A DNA stretch of 64,000 nt from Lentisphaeria bacterium (GTDB lineage Bacteria; Verrucomicrobiota; Lentisphaeria; Oligosphaerales; MVZH01), in the NCBI GenBank assembly GCA_032251435.1, contig JAVVEH010000016.1:14035-78034 (forward strand), in the 5' to 3' direction. The notes below the pieces were generated by a model that saw only the letters and a list, made by a program, of their open reading frames with translations, did no database searches and was not told the DNA's origin. Below, one piece after another: positions 1 to 9,237 of the stretch (position 1 is the first letter of the stretch; each line of letters opens with the position of its first letter). Made by a program: the position numbers and the translations under genes.

Positions 1-630
1 AGTATGCCGGTAGAGTTTGTAGTATTCTTCCATGGTAGACGGCCAGAAGCCGTCAAGGTTGGGTTCATTCCATACCTCGTAGTACCAGTTCAGCATCTCT
101 TTTCTGCCATAGCGCTTCATCCAGTGTTTCATGAGGGCTTCAATCAGATCGTTCCAGAGCCCATAATCACGGGGCGGCGAGGTGTTGGCCTTCCAGCGCA
201 TCAAGGTGTGATCGCTGCTGGCCAGTAATCGAGGCATGAAACCGATCTCAACAAAGGGGCGAATGCCGATATCCAGCAGACGATCCACGATAAGATCAAT
301 GAAGGCAAAATTCGGCATGATATCCCCGCTGCCCGCGAGTGCCTCGTTATCAAAGCCGAGGTCATCAGGGGCTTGACCGGGTTGGGCCTGATTAGCCCAG
401 GAACACAGGTCGGGGCTCCCCGACAGCAAGCCATGGCAGCGCAGATATTCGACCCCCAGGTCACGGTGGGCCATCTCCAGGTGCTTGAGTGTCCGTTCAT
501 AAAGGGCAAGTCCCAAATGCCCGGACCCGATGACCTTGTTAAAATTGTGCCGGTATGCCTCTCCCGAGGCCGTAGGATTGAGTGTGATCGTTTTCAAGTG
601 AGGTTCTTTCTGTATGTTATGTCTTCCCAT
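1..630 (-). CDS. GH39-family beta-xylosidase-like glycoside hydrolase, N-terminal part (runs off window edge; absent from ORF track)
   Basis: Manual translation from ATG at 630 is open to position 1: ...VEYLRCHGLL...RLLDIGIRPFVEIGFMPRLLAS...NWYYEVWNEPNLDGFW. These match the GH39 motifs RxHG, PFVExGFMP and the acid/base WNEP. Confidence 0.85.
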   Translation of the reverse strand, partial: MGRHNIQKEPHLKTITLNPTASGEAYRHNFNKVIGSGHLGLALYERTLKHLEMAHRDLGVEYLRCHGLLSGSPDLCSWANQAQPGQAPDDLGFDNEALAGSGDIMPNFAFIDLIVDRLLDIGIRPFVEIGFMPRLLASSDHTLMRWKANTSPPRDYGLWNDLIEALMKHWMKRYGRKEMLNWYYEVWNEPNLDGFWPSTMEEYYKLYRHT

Positions 631-690
631 TCTACGCTAATATTGCCAAGACAACTCTGCCAACAGACGTGATTGTAACTGCCCTGTGAT

Positions 691-1821
691 CTATCTACGC
701 CACCTACCAACCAATACAACGCAGTCGTGTGGTGCCAATGTTACGGTATCGCCTGCAATCCACTTCTTACCATCAGCCGTGTCCATGTTGACCACGTCCT
801 GCCCCGGAATCTGGAAGTAGCGCAACAGACCGATATCGTCCGATGCCGCAGGATGTCCGGTCAGCGCGACGCCATGAGCCTGGCACCAATCAGAGATGGG
901 CTTGTAGTACGTTTCCTGCATGCGATGGTGGATCGCCCGCCGATAGTTCTCCCGATGCCTCTGCGCGTCAGGCTCGGCATCATCCCAGAGCGCGGGCAGG
1001 TGTGGCGCAAAGTCGTACCGAACGAATGCGTTCACGTGATTGAGAATTCCTGTTGTTCCCGGTCTGGGATCAAGACCGGGAAAATGCCCCCGTCCCATGA
1101 CGTGTGGCTCGTCTGTAAAAATACCTTTGATGGTATTTCCGAAATGCCCCGGCAGTTCATCGTAGTACTTCTGGTAGACCAGACGAATGAAACACTGCAT
1201 GGCCGCCGGATTCAGCAAGTCGCCTGCGGGGGGATGATTCTCGTCAACTTCCTTTTGATCGTATCGCCGCGGCGGGTCGTCATCCATAAAATGCACCCCG
1301 CGGATGGTAGCGCCAATGGGCAAGTCCACGATCGCAATGCGGTGGCCATCGTGCTGCCGCCGCACATCGGCCACCAATGTTTGGTCGTTCGCCAGCTCGA
1401 CACCGTGTTTGCCAATCTTTACACGCTGGACAATGTCACCGGCTTTAGCCTCCATAAGGTCAATCTGGACCAGTCCACGGCAGGCATACTCAGGGTTTTC
1501 CGCAACCACCTGACCGCCTGACGATCCGCTGGGATACACGGCTTCGTCATAGAGCAACACCCACATACCGCGCCCGGACGCATGGTCGACAGCGAATCGG
1601 ACCATCTCAAGCCATTCCGGGCTCATCCAGCCCTGATGCCGCGGTAGCCCCGCGCGGGGGTGAATGACGAAGGCGTGCACACCATGCGTCTTGAAATCGT
1701 TGATCTGCCTGGCGATCTCGTCCACGGCGAGTTCATCATTCCAGAACCAGAACGGCACCTGTGTAAAATCGACCTCCTCGGCAGGATAGCCTTCAAACGC
1801 GTTGTGTTTAGAAGAACTCAT
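691..1821 (-). pseudogene. GH106/alpha-L-rhamnosidase-like N-terminal TIM-barrel domain, apparently truncated or internally deleted
   Basis: Motifs PFWFWND, HPRAGL, LYDEAVYPSG, FTDEP and LTGHP. The sequence changes abruptly after FQIPGQDVV into a short tail. Probable start at ATG 1821 or 1830, because the ORF-track start overlaps the upstream gene. Confidence 0.6.
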
Positions 1822-1843
1822 TTTACACATAAACTCTCTCCCA

Positions 1844-3589
1844 TCAGAACTTGCTGTAGTCTGGTGATGTCTTTCCGGCAAAAGCCCATGTTATTGAGCC
1901 CTTACCCAGATCGCAATCGAAATGTTCAAGTGTCCCTTCAGCTGGCGTTACCTTGCCGTCAAGGGAGTAGAGCACCCGCGGATTGTCCGGCATTCCGTTG
2001 ATGTGCGCGTCGGGGGTGAGCAGCAGCTCGACTTTCTCGATCTCGCCGTCCCGGGCAGGCAGATTGACCGCACGGGTCTGGTAGGCATCGTCATCACACG
2101 GGTTCATATCCGGGGTCCATTGCATGGGCATCATGATGGTTTTGGTTTTGCCGCCTTGCACAATCTTGAGCGTGATGTCCCATGGGCCTCCCACACTGCA
2201 CAGACGTCGGGCTTTTTTGCGGTCTTCCTCCACAGTCGGATCGAAGGTGTCGAGCAGGCCGCTTGTGTATGGGCCGATCACCGGATAGATGAAGTTGCAG
2301 TCCTGCTTCGCCGCGCTGACGGCAACCATGACGCTATAGGCTTCGACATCCCGTTCGACAGGATAGGTGACCCCGTCGTTCTTCAGTTTATGCAGATAGA
2401 CCTGATGCCAGCCGTTCCACTGCATATAGCACTGTTTCTCCTCGTCCCAGACAACGATCCACTTGTCCAGGAATTCCTGCATCTTGCGCGCCGACCAGTC
2501 GCTGAAGATCTTCAGGGGAATCCCCGGCTCGGGTGCCGGGCCGCCGCCGCTCATGACGGGGGTGCTCTTCCACTCCCCCGGCACCTCGCGCACGGTGTTG
2601 TCGGGAATGATTGGCGAGATCAGAAACGGCTTGCCTTCTTCAGCGCCGGGCTGCCCGATTCGCGGGTCGAAGCCCCAGGTCGGCCCGATATGATAGCCGC
2701 TGGCGGTTGTCTTGTCAATACCGTACATGGCGCCCCGATAGGGGAACAGAACTTCTTCGTTCAGATCCTCCACGTCCAGGGCATGGCCGAGTTCATGATG
2801 CAGAACCGGGAGCCGGCCCAAAGCGCTGCAACCGCCAAAATCCTTGGACTCGGAAAAGCCACCTGCCTTCACGTTGGCGATATTGACGAGGTAGAGCGAC
2901 ACATGTTTCTGCCCCCCGGCGTCGCGCAGCGCCTTCTGCCAGATGAGCGCGGCTGCCTGCTTGTTGTTGAATTCCAGACCGGACTGCTTCTCATAATCCT
3001 CTTCACTTGTACAGCGGATGGCGGGTGCACTATCGCCGCGTGGCGGGATAATCAGCTCGGGGAAGCGGATCCGCTTCAGCTTCTGGACCTCGACTGATTT
3101 CACCGGCCACCGGACCGCCAGCTCCTCCGTCCAGCCCTCGGGGTAGTCGACATCCGCATAATCGAAATAGTGGATATCGAACATGGTCATCCTGATGGTG
3201 GTCGGCGGTCCGATGTTGAGCGTGTCGAATACCGCTTCCTGCCGACCCGCCCGGACCGTTAGCTTCAGCCCTTTTGCCATCCACTTGCCTGGAATCATGG
3301 CCGTGAAGCAGTCATCGAACGTGTGGATCACCTTGCCCGGCTCCTTGCAGAAGCTCTTCGGCAGTTCCGTTGGCCCATCAAGCGCCATAACGACGGACTC
3401 GGAGCCAAGTGTCAGCTCGGCCGTCACTTCCGGTGCCGCCGCGCCGGATGGGGAGATGACGTGCGCCTTGATCAGCGCGTCCCTGCCGCCGGAGAGCCGG
3501 AAATAGGGGTGATGCGGTTCCATGACGTGGGTCTGCGCAAAGAACACAGAATCAATCACAATGTCTTCTTGTTTCTGCTTTTCACTCAT
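1844..3589 (-). CDS. M66-family (TagA/StcE/dictomallein-like) zinc metallopeptidase
   Basis: N-terminal FAQTHV motif and HELGH zinc motif; 581 aa with no obvious signal peptide. Confidence 0.65.
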   Translation of the reverse strand: MSEKQKQEDIVIDSVFFAQTHVMEPHHPYFRLSGGRDALIKAHVISPSGAAAPEVTAELTLGSESVVMALDGPTELPKSFCKEPGKVIHTFDDCFTAMIPGKWMAKGLKLTVRAGRQEAVFDTLNIGPPTTIRMTMFDIHYFDYADVDYPEGWTEELAVRWPVKSVEVQKLKRIRFPELIIPPRGDSAPAIRCTSEEDYEKQSGLEFNNKQAAALIWQKALRDAGGQKHVSLYLVNIANVKAGGFSESKDFGGCSALGRLPVLHHELGHALDVEDLNEEVLFPYRGAMYGIDKTTASGYHIGPTWGFDPRIGQPGAEEGKPFLISPIIPDNTVREVPGEWKSTPVMSGGGPAPEPGIPLKIFSDWSARKMQEFLDKWIVVWDEEKQCYMQWNGWHQVYLHKLKNDGVTYPVERDVEAYSVMVAVSAAKQDCNFIYPVIGPYTSGLLDTFDPTVEEDRKKARRLCSVGGPWDITLKIVQGGKTKTIMMPMQWTPDMNPCDDDAYQTRAVNLPARDGEIEKVELLLTPDAHINGMPDNPRVLYSLDGKVTPAEGTLEHFDCDLGKGSITWAFAGKTSPDYSKF

Positions 3590-3658
3590 TATTCGTTCTT
3601 TCTGATACCCCTGCGCAACGGAGCCTTCCTCTGACGCCCAGAAGCGTCGCTATCCCGA

Positions 3659-3736
3659 GTTGGTGTACCGGCTTTAGCCGGAATCTTTTTTCCTGTCCAT
3701 GTTCCACGAAGAGCCGGCTGAAGCCGGTACACCAAC
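3659..3736. repeat. Inverted pair of REP-like palindromes (family A: GTTGGTGTA-CCG(G/A)CT-nn-AG(C/T)CGG)
   Basis: gttggtgtaccggctttagccgg at 3659 and gagccggctgaagccggtacaccaac at 3711. Confidence 0.85.
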
Positions 3737-3838
3737 GAAGAGCCTGACAGCCCGTCCCGCTGATGCGGGAATCCGGCATGCCAATCCGTCGCGGCGGACG
3801 GGCAAACTGTTCTAAAACACCGACGGTGCTGGTCAGCA

Positions 3839-6800
3839 TCAGTCGTTCAGCGGCTGGGTTCCCAGCAACACGCTGTTCATTGTGGGGCCGACACGGATCT
3901 CATCCAGTGGTGCTTCTACCGACATATTGAGGACAATCGCATTGATCATCTCCTGGGGGATGATTCCCTTGACCGTACTGACGGGCTCCTGTGGGATCAC
4001 AATGCCGTAACCCTTTGCATTGAAGACGCGGTAGACCTCCACGGTATCCGGTTCTTTGTCTGTCTGCCCCCAGATACAGCGACACACGACCATGCTGGGG
4101 CCCTCCGGGAACCTGCGTCCGGCCGTTCGCGACCAGGCGTTTCGTGAGGATTCATCCATCTGTTTATCGATGACCGCAAAAACGCCGCTCTGGGCATTCT
4201 TTTCCTGGACATAAACTCCCAAAAGAGTATCCGTTTCTCCCGCAGAAAACTTTACATGTCTGCTCTTCATCTCAGAAAAGAAGAAGCTGAACCACATCTC
4301 TCCTCCGGGCTCGAGCATCTTAAGATCTTTGAGAAGCTGCCGGTCGAGACCTCTGCTGCATGCCGTGTGGCCCTGTCCCTTCACAAATTGACCGCCTGTC
4401 GAAGGTAGCGTGGGATAACTCAGAGATGCGTTTCCCTCAGAATCCTTTCCCACGACCAGGTATCCATCATCCGAACCTCTGCTGTTGATCCATGGCCCGC
4501 TGAAGCCGAAGGAGGAGCCTCCCTGTTGGTTATGAAGGGCGCCGGTGGGATAATCGAATCCTTCGTATACAGCCACACCGACATTTTGGTCCGAGACCTT
4601 GAATTGAATGTTTCCTGTGGCTGTCTCGCCCTGGCCGTCGATGACTTCGAAGGTGAATGAATCAGTCCAGTTGCTTCCCTCGTAGCCTTTTGCCAATCCA
4701 CCCCAGTCATTCAGTGTGTCACTTCCCGTATCACCCATGTCATCCAACGAGGGGCCCTTGACAGCGACCGGTTTGGCGGTCTCTGTCGCGAGCGAGGGAT
4801 CGCCATAGTCTGCCACGTAGGTCAATGTGCCACCAACTCCGATCAGCTTGCCGTGGGCGGGTTTCTTCGTTACGATGAACCCCAGATCATCCCCGTCGGG
4901 ATCCGTTCCGTTCAGCGTGACCCGGGTAGGCAGTCCGGGCGCGGTCGCGAGGGTCTGGGACGTTGCCTGCGGAGGACGGTTGGCCGGAAGTTTGCCCTTC
5001 GTGTCATAAAGAATGACATCAACCGTGTCACTGACTTTGGTATAACCGAGAACATCGGTCATGGTGACTTCGAAACGGTACTTGCCGGGTTTCTGATCCG
5101 TGAAAGAAACTGTGGTTGTCTTGCTCTTTCCCGATCCGTTCGGCGTAAAAATAACCTTCCCCGCGCCATAGACCTTGCGCCAGGTATAGGTGGTGTCCGT
5201 TTCGGGAAACGCGTAGTTCCTCGCATCCGTCACGAGTTCTGTCTGATTGGCCGGTAAGGTCAAGGCGGGCTGGGCAGCCTTCACCGAGTTGATAACTTTC
5301 AATTTGCGAAGTGTTTGCGGAGCGGGTGCCTTCCGCATCTCGTCAATCACCTCGTTTGCATCAAGCGCGGCGCTGGCAAGCATCTGATCAGCAAGGATCC
5401 GCATGAGGTCGTCAACGGAGTGCATGGTAAATGCCGCTTGCCCATATTTCTGATGAATCTTGTTCTTGAGGGCCTCACCGGGCGCATACTTGAAGCTTAA
5501 CGGAAGGGCCTCTTCAAACAGATGTTCTGCCAGCACTGACTGAGATTTAACCAGTGCTCCTGCGCCGCCCATAGCGTTGGCAGGCGGGCGGTGAATGACA
5601 TTATCCACAGCCACCTCCGCGAGTTCCATCACCTCTTCCGGTGACACCATAGCCAACCCTTTGGCAGCGAAATTGCGGCCATTCGCATGAGGTTGAGAGA
5701 GCAAAACGCTCACGGCAGAGATGAGTTTTTTCCGGTCCACGCCGCCGAGATTGTTATTGAGCATTTTATCAAACAGCAGCTGGGAGATCTTGACCTGAGA
5801 GGCCTGCAGGGGATCATCGTCGGTCAGGGGGAATGTTGGGCGGGCGTGGGTGACAGCAGCATCCAGAATGTCATTCACGTATGGTTTTACGGCTGGTGTG
5901 GGGAGTTCCTGCAGAACTTTTAATCCTGCATACCAAATGAAGGGGTCCGGAGCCTTCTGAAGGGCGAGCATTGCCCTGGCAATTTCAGCATTCTTTAGTT
6001 CTGCCAGCGGGCCTTGCGCTTTAATCTTGGACGCATACAGCGCACGGCAGGCACCGGCACGGCCGTGCGCACTGGCTGTGTTATCAGATGCCAAGGCGAT
6101 CAGTTGGTCAATAAGGGCTGCCGATTCCGGGTCATCGGGTTTAGCTTTGATTCGATTGGCAATCTCATCGCTAATGGCACTTCTACGCAAGGTGTCAAAG
6201 CTGGAAAGGTCAGCAATCAGTTCACTGGTGGACACTTTTTCCGCATCATAATTCTTCGCATTGACTAAGTCATCAAACTCAGCGTCGCTTAGTGTAAGTG
6301 ATTCCTTCTGTCCGCGCCCGGTGACGTAGAGTTGTTTCAGCGGCAGCGCATAGAAGAGCAACCCTGTGGCGTCCCAGGAGAAGTCTTTGTAGTCGTTGCC
6401 CGAACCATCATAGATCCTGCGATGGTTCCAGCGGCGTTTCAGGTCAAAATGCCATTGATTTTGCTTGAAATGCAGGTTGGCAGCCTTGACCCCGCCCTGT
6501 GCGGCGCCGATGGGATTCCAGACCTGCGCGAAAAACGAGCCGCCGTGGGCGTACACCCGGTCGCTGGCGGTGGAGAGCGTCGACATTTTGGTAAAATACT
6601 TGGCCTTCTTCTCCTGGTTGTCCTCCATGCCCAGCGCCAGTGCCGTCATGGCGCACTTCGCATTATTGTCTCCGGGAGCACCGCCAAACGAGTAGAGGAA
6701 TTCCCCATAGCTTGGACTTCCCTTGAAGGCATAGTGGCCGAAGAATATTCGCTGGTCCCTGTTGGCCGCCTCGACAATCGGGCTGTCGACACCGGCCCGG

Positions 6801-7864
6801 CGGGCCAGTGACAGACCGAGAAGTCCCCGGACGCCGCACGCGCCGATGGGACCGTAGCCGCTCATCCGGCCCCGGGGTGAACCATCGTCTCGCGGGTCGG
6901 CAAACTTGTGGCCGGTGGTGCCGAACCAGCTTACGCCACGGGCGTGATATTCCGCCTGTTTGACTAACAGGGGGAAGATCGACTCGTCCTTTGTCTTCAT
7001 ATAGTACTCGGAGAGAGCAATCAGCTTGGGCCCGGAGAACCACGGGCCGCCGCCAAATTCGAGCTGATGCGCCCACTCTCTGGCACGGGCCTGATACTTG
7101 TCATTATGCGGGTTGGTCGGGTCATCCGCCGCCAGCAGGCAGAGCATGGCCAATCCGGCTTTGTCGGGCTGGTTGTCTTTGTAGAGCTTCCTAATGCCCT
7201 TGCGCAAAATGTTTTTGCTCTTTTCACAGTTATAGGGAGCGGTATCCGAATAACGGCCCAAATACTCCAACGTCACGGTGACCGCCATGGTCTCGCCTTT
7301 CGCTGTTTCTTCCGCGTCCGCCTTCTTTGGTTTGGCGCCCCAGTCGCCCAACGCATTGCCTCCCCCCGCGTCCACGTCATCGATGGCACCCACATCATCC
7401 AGTCCAGGTCCACCTCTCTGGGCGGGCTTGTTCTCCATAGCCTTGGCGGAGGAGGGGCGCCAGACTAATAACTTCAAAACTGCCGGGTCCCTTGCTTCCG
7501 CTTCGGCGATGGGATCGCCAAAGAGACTCATAGGCCAATCCGCACCCTTAAACAGCGGCACCTTGGCCGCACCCGTGCCGTCGGCACCGAGGATAACGTC
7601 GCCGACGGCCAGTACTCCATCGGCAGGAGAGCCCTTGTCGATTTCGACGACAAGAAACTGCCGGACATCCTCCTGCTTCTGACCTCTGGGGCGCCAGAAT
7701 CCGCATTGGACGCCCAGCGGGCCGATCCAGCGTTCATTGATTCGTGTCAGTTCCCCGCCTTTGGTAAGATCGGGGACGCCGTTGGTGCCGGGTATGTCTG
7801 TATCGTCGGCAATCGCAGTCACTGCCAAACACACGCACATGGCCGTGATAATCAGTTTTTTCAT
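3839..7864 (-). CDS. Large secreted DUF6288-like protein (PDZ-like + alpha/alpha barrel + HEAT-like + PKD/Ig-like + C-terminal beta domain)
   Basis: Signal peptide MKKLIITAMCVCLAVTAIA from ATG 7864 (the ORF-track extension reads through REP DNA). PDZ-like GSPADGVLAVGDVILG, then LGRYSDTAPYNCEKS. Ig-like NRPPQA...GTDPDGD...PAHGKL...DSFTF. C-terminal YEGFDY...DEIRVG. Confidence 0.75.
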   Translation of the reverse strand: MKKLIITAMCVCLAVTAIADDTDIPGTNGVPDLTKGGELTRINERWIGPLGVQCGFWRPRGQKQEDVRQFLVVEIDKGSPADGVLAVGDVILGADGTGAAKVPLFKGADWPMSLFGDPIAEAEARDPAVLKLLVWRPSSAKAMENKPAQRGGPGLDDVGAIDDVDAGGGNALGDWGAKPKKADAEETAKGETMAVTVTLEYLGRYSDTAPYNCEKSKNILRKGIRKLYKDNQPDKAGLAMLCLLAADDPTNPHNDKYQARAREWAHQLEFGGGPWFSGPKLIALSEYYMKTKDESIFPLLVKQAEYHARGVSWFGTTGHKFADPRDDGSPRGRMSGYGPIGACGVRGLLGLSLARRAGVDSPIVEAANRDQRIFFGHYAFKGSPSYGEFLYSFGGAPGDNNAKCAMTALALGMEDNQEKKAKYFTKMSTLSTASDRVYAHGGSFFAQVWNPIGAAQGGVKAANLHFKQNQWHFDLKRRWNHRRIYDGSGNDYKDFSWDATGLLFYALPLKQLYVTGRGQKESLTLSDAEFDDLVNAKNYDAEKVSTSELIADLSSFDTLRRSAISDEIANRIKAKPDDPESAALIDQLIALASDNTASAHGRAGACRALYASKIKAQGPLAELKNAEIARAMLALQKAPDPFIWYAGLKVLQELPTPAVKPYVNDILDAAVTHARPTFPLTDDDPLQASQVKISQLLFDKMLNNNLGGVDRKKLISAVSVLLSQPHANGRNFAAKGLAMVSPEEVMELAEVAVDNVIHRPPANAMGGAGALVKSQSVLAEHLFEEALPLSFKYAPGEALKNKIHQKYGQAAFTMHSVDDLMRILADQMLASAALDANEVIDEMRKAPAPQTLRKLKVINSVKAAQPALTLPANQTELVTDARNYAFPETDTTYTWRKVYGAGKVIFTPNGSGKSKTTTVSFTDQKPGKYRFEVTMTDVLGYTKVSDTVDVILYDTKGKLPANRPPQATSQTLATAPGLPTRVTLNGTDPDGDDLGFIVTKKPAHGKLIGVGGTLTYVADYGDPSLATETAKPVAVKGPSLDDMGDTGSDTLNDWGGLAKGYEGSNWTDSFTFEVIDGQGETATGNIQFKVSDQNVGVAVYEGFDYPTGALHNQQGGSSFGFSGPWINSRGSDDGYLVVGKDSEGNASLSYPTLPSTGGQFVKGQGHTACSRGLDRQLLKDLKMLEPGGEMWFSFFFSEMKSRHVKFSAGETDTLLGVYVQEKNAQSGVFAVIDKQMDESSRNAWSRTAGRRFPEGPSMVVCRCIWGQTDKEPDTVEVYRVFNAKGYGIVIPQEPVSTVKGIIPQEMINAIVLNMSVEAPLDEIRVGPTMNSVLLGTQPLND

Positions 7865-7898
7865 TCTGTTTCTTCTTTCCAATCCATGTTTCACGAAG

Positions 7899-8080
7899 AG
7901 AGCCGACTGAAGTCGGTACACCAACCAAGAGCCGGCTGAAGCCGGTACACCAACGGTCAAGTCAATTGTTTTACCGCCTTTGCCGGAGTCCGGGTGTTGG
8001 TGTACCGACTTCAGTCGGAATCTTCACCCGTTGGTGTACCGACTTTCCGCCTGAGGCAGATCCGCCTGGATAGTCGGCTC
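7899..8080. repeat. Cluster of four family-A REP-like palindromes; the last has a nested insertion
   Basis: Copies near 7899, 7928, 7996 and 8030. The last is split by tccgcctgaggcagatccgcctgga. Confidence 0.85.
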
Positions 8081-8081
8081 T

Positions 8082-8702
8082 TTAACTAATTCCTGATCCT
8101 TTTCGATTGCGGAATTCCATGTTCCATTCCTTGCTGAAAGTCATCAGCGTCATGCCGCAGTTGTCGTGGTCAAAAGCTTCGGGGCGGGGCCGTTTCAGCA
8201 TCAGGTTCATCATTTCCCTGATGAAGAAGCCGTGCGCGGCCAACAGAATGGTCTGTTTTGTTGAGCCAAATTGTTTCTCTATCCTTTCCAGGGCGTCATA
8301 AACACGGCGAAGTCCGGTGCCGAATGTTTCCCAACTAGCCGGGCGGATGGCCTGACCGTCACGCCATGTGAAATATTTGGCAATGTCACGGGGCAGGGCG
8401 GCCGGCTGGGAATCCCAGGCATCGGCGGGCGGTTCGCGCTCCTCCTGCCAGCATGCTTCGGCCAGTTCAGGCCAGACCTCGGCCGTCCGGCTCGTCGCGG
8501 CAAGGTAGGGGGCGATGGTCTGGAGGGCCCGCTGCTGCGGGCTGACAACGACCGTGCCGATGTCCCATGCCCCAAGGCGGGGGGCAAGCGCTTCCGCCTG
8601 GGACTGTCCCCGGGGCGAGAGAGCGTCCGCGTTATCGACGGAGTAGTCGCCGCCCGCCGCGTTGCCATTGGATTCGGCGTGTCTTATGATGAGTAGTTTC
8701 AT
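8082..8702 (-). CDS. Histidine phosphatase (phosphoglycerate mutase-like) family protein
   Basis: LIIRHAES catalytic motif, SPQQRALQT, and late AAHG motif. Confidence 0.85.
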   Translation of the reverse strand: MKLLIIRHAESNGNAAGGDYSVDNADALSPRGQSQAEALAPRLGAWDIGTVVVSPQQRALQTIAPYLAATSRTAEVWPELAEACWQEEREPPADAWDSQPAALPRDIAKYFTWRDGQAIRPASWETFGTGLRRVYDALERIEKQFGSTKQTILLAAHGFFIREMMNLMLKRPRPEAFDHDNCGMTLMTFSKEWNMEFRNRKGSGIS

Positions 8703-8760
8703 TGTTAGGGGTTAGTCGCTAGGCGTTAGGGGTTCGGGGAAAAGAGTTAGGGGTTAGGCT
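8703..8760. repeat. Degenerate heptamer array (TTAGGGG-like) on one side of the four helix bundle gene
   Basis: gttaggggttagtcgctaggcgttaggggtt...gagttaggggttaggct. Confidence 0.7.
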
Positions 8761-9134
8761 TTAGTGGTTAGAAACTTCTCCGGATGCTCATGCATTGACC
8801 GGAGCATTTTGCCAACCTCCGAATTCAGCGACGTGAGCCGGGTGTGAACTTCTTTGCTGATGTAGCAGCAGTCACGGGCAAAGTCGAGTACGGTGTCCGT
8901 TTCCCAGTTCTCCCCGATGCAATCAGACAGCTTGCTGACAAAGTGGGCTTCGTATCGTCGTTTTGCCCACGCTTCACGCAGGTTGTGGCAGACAGAACGA
9001 GAACACCGTCGGCCCTGGGATGTCAGAGCATATCGTTCCTCCACGGGAAAATTCTTGCTTATCTCAAAGAATTCCATAGCCATCCGGTATGCCTTGACAT
9101 ACACGGTCAGTTCCTTAACATCTCTAACTGACAT
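8754..9134 (-). CDS. Four helix bundle protein (23S rRNA intervening-sequence protein family)
   Basis: ELTVY..AY..AMEFFEISKNFP.EERYALTSQ.RR.SRSV..NL.EAW.KRRY.AHFVSKLSD. Confidence 0.9.
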   Translation of the reverse strand: MSVRDVKELTVYVKAYRMAMEFFEISKNFPVEERYALTSQGRRCSRSVCHNLREAWAKRRYEAHFVSKLSDCIGENWETDTVLDFARDCCYISKEVHTRLTSLNSEVGKMLRSMHEHPEKFLTTKA

Positions 9135-9135
9135 A

Positions 9136-9237
9136 ACGCTTAACTCCTAAAACCTAAACCCTAACGCCTAATCCCTAGCTACTGGCTCCTAGCTATCAAC
9201 CCTAATCCCTAGCCCCTAATCCCTAACGCCTAACTCC
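9136..9237. repeat. Degenerate heptamer array (CCCTAA-like), inverted relative to 8703-8760
   Basis: taactcctaaaacctaaaccctaacgcctaatccctagct...ccctaatccctagcccctaatccctaacgcctaactcc. Confidence 0.75.

Noticed and set aside
8703-9237. Telomere-like TTAGGG repeats suggesting eukaryotic contamination
   Set aside because: The repeats are degenerate 7-mers embedded between bacterial genes.
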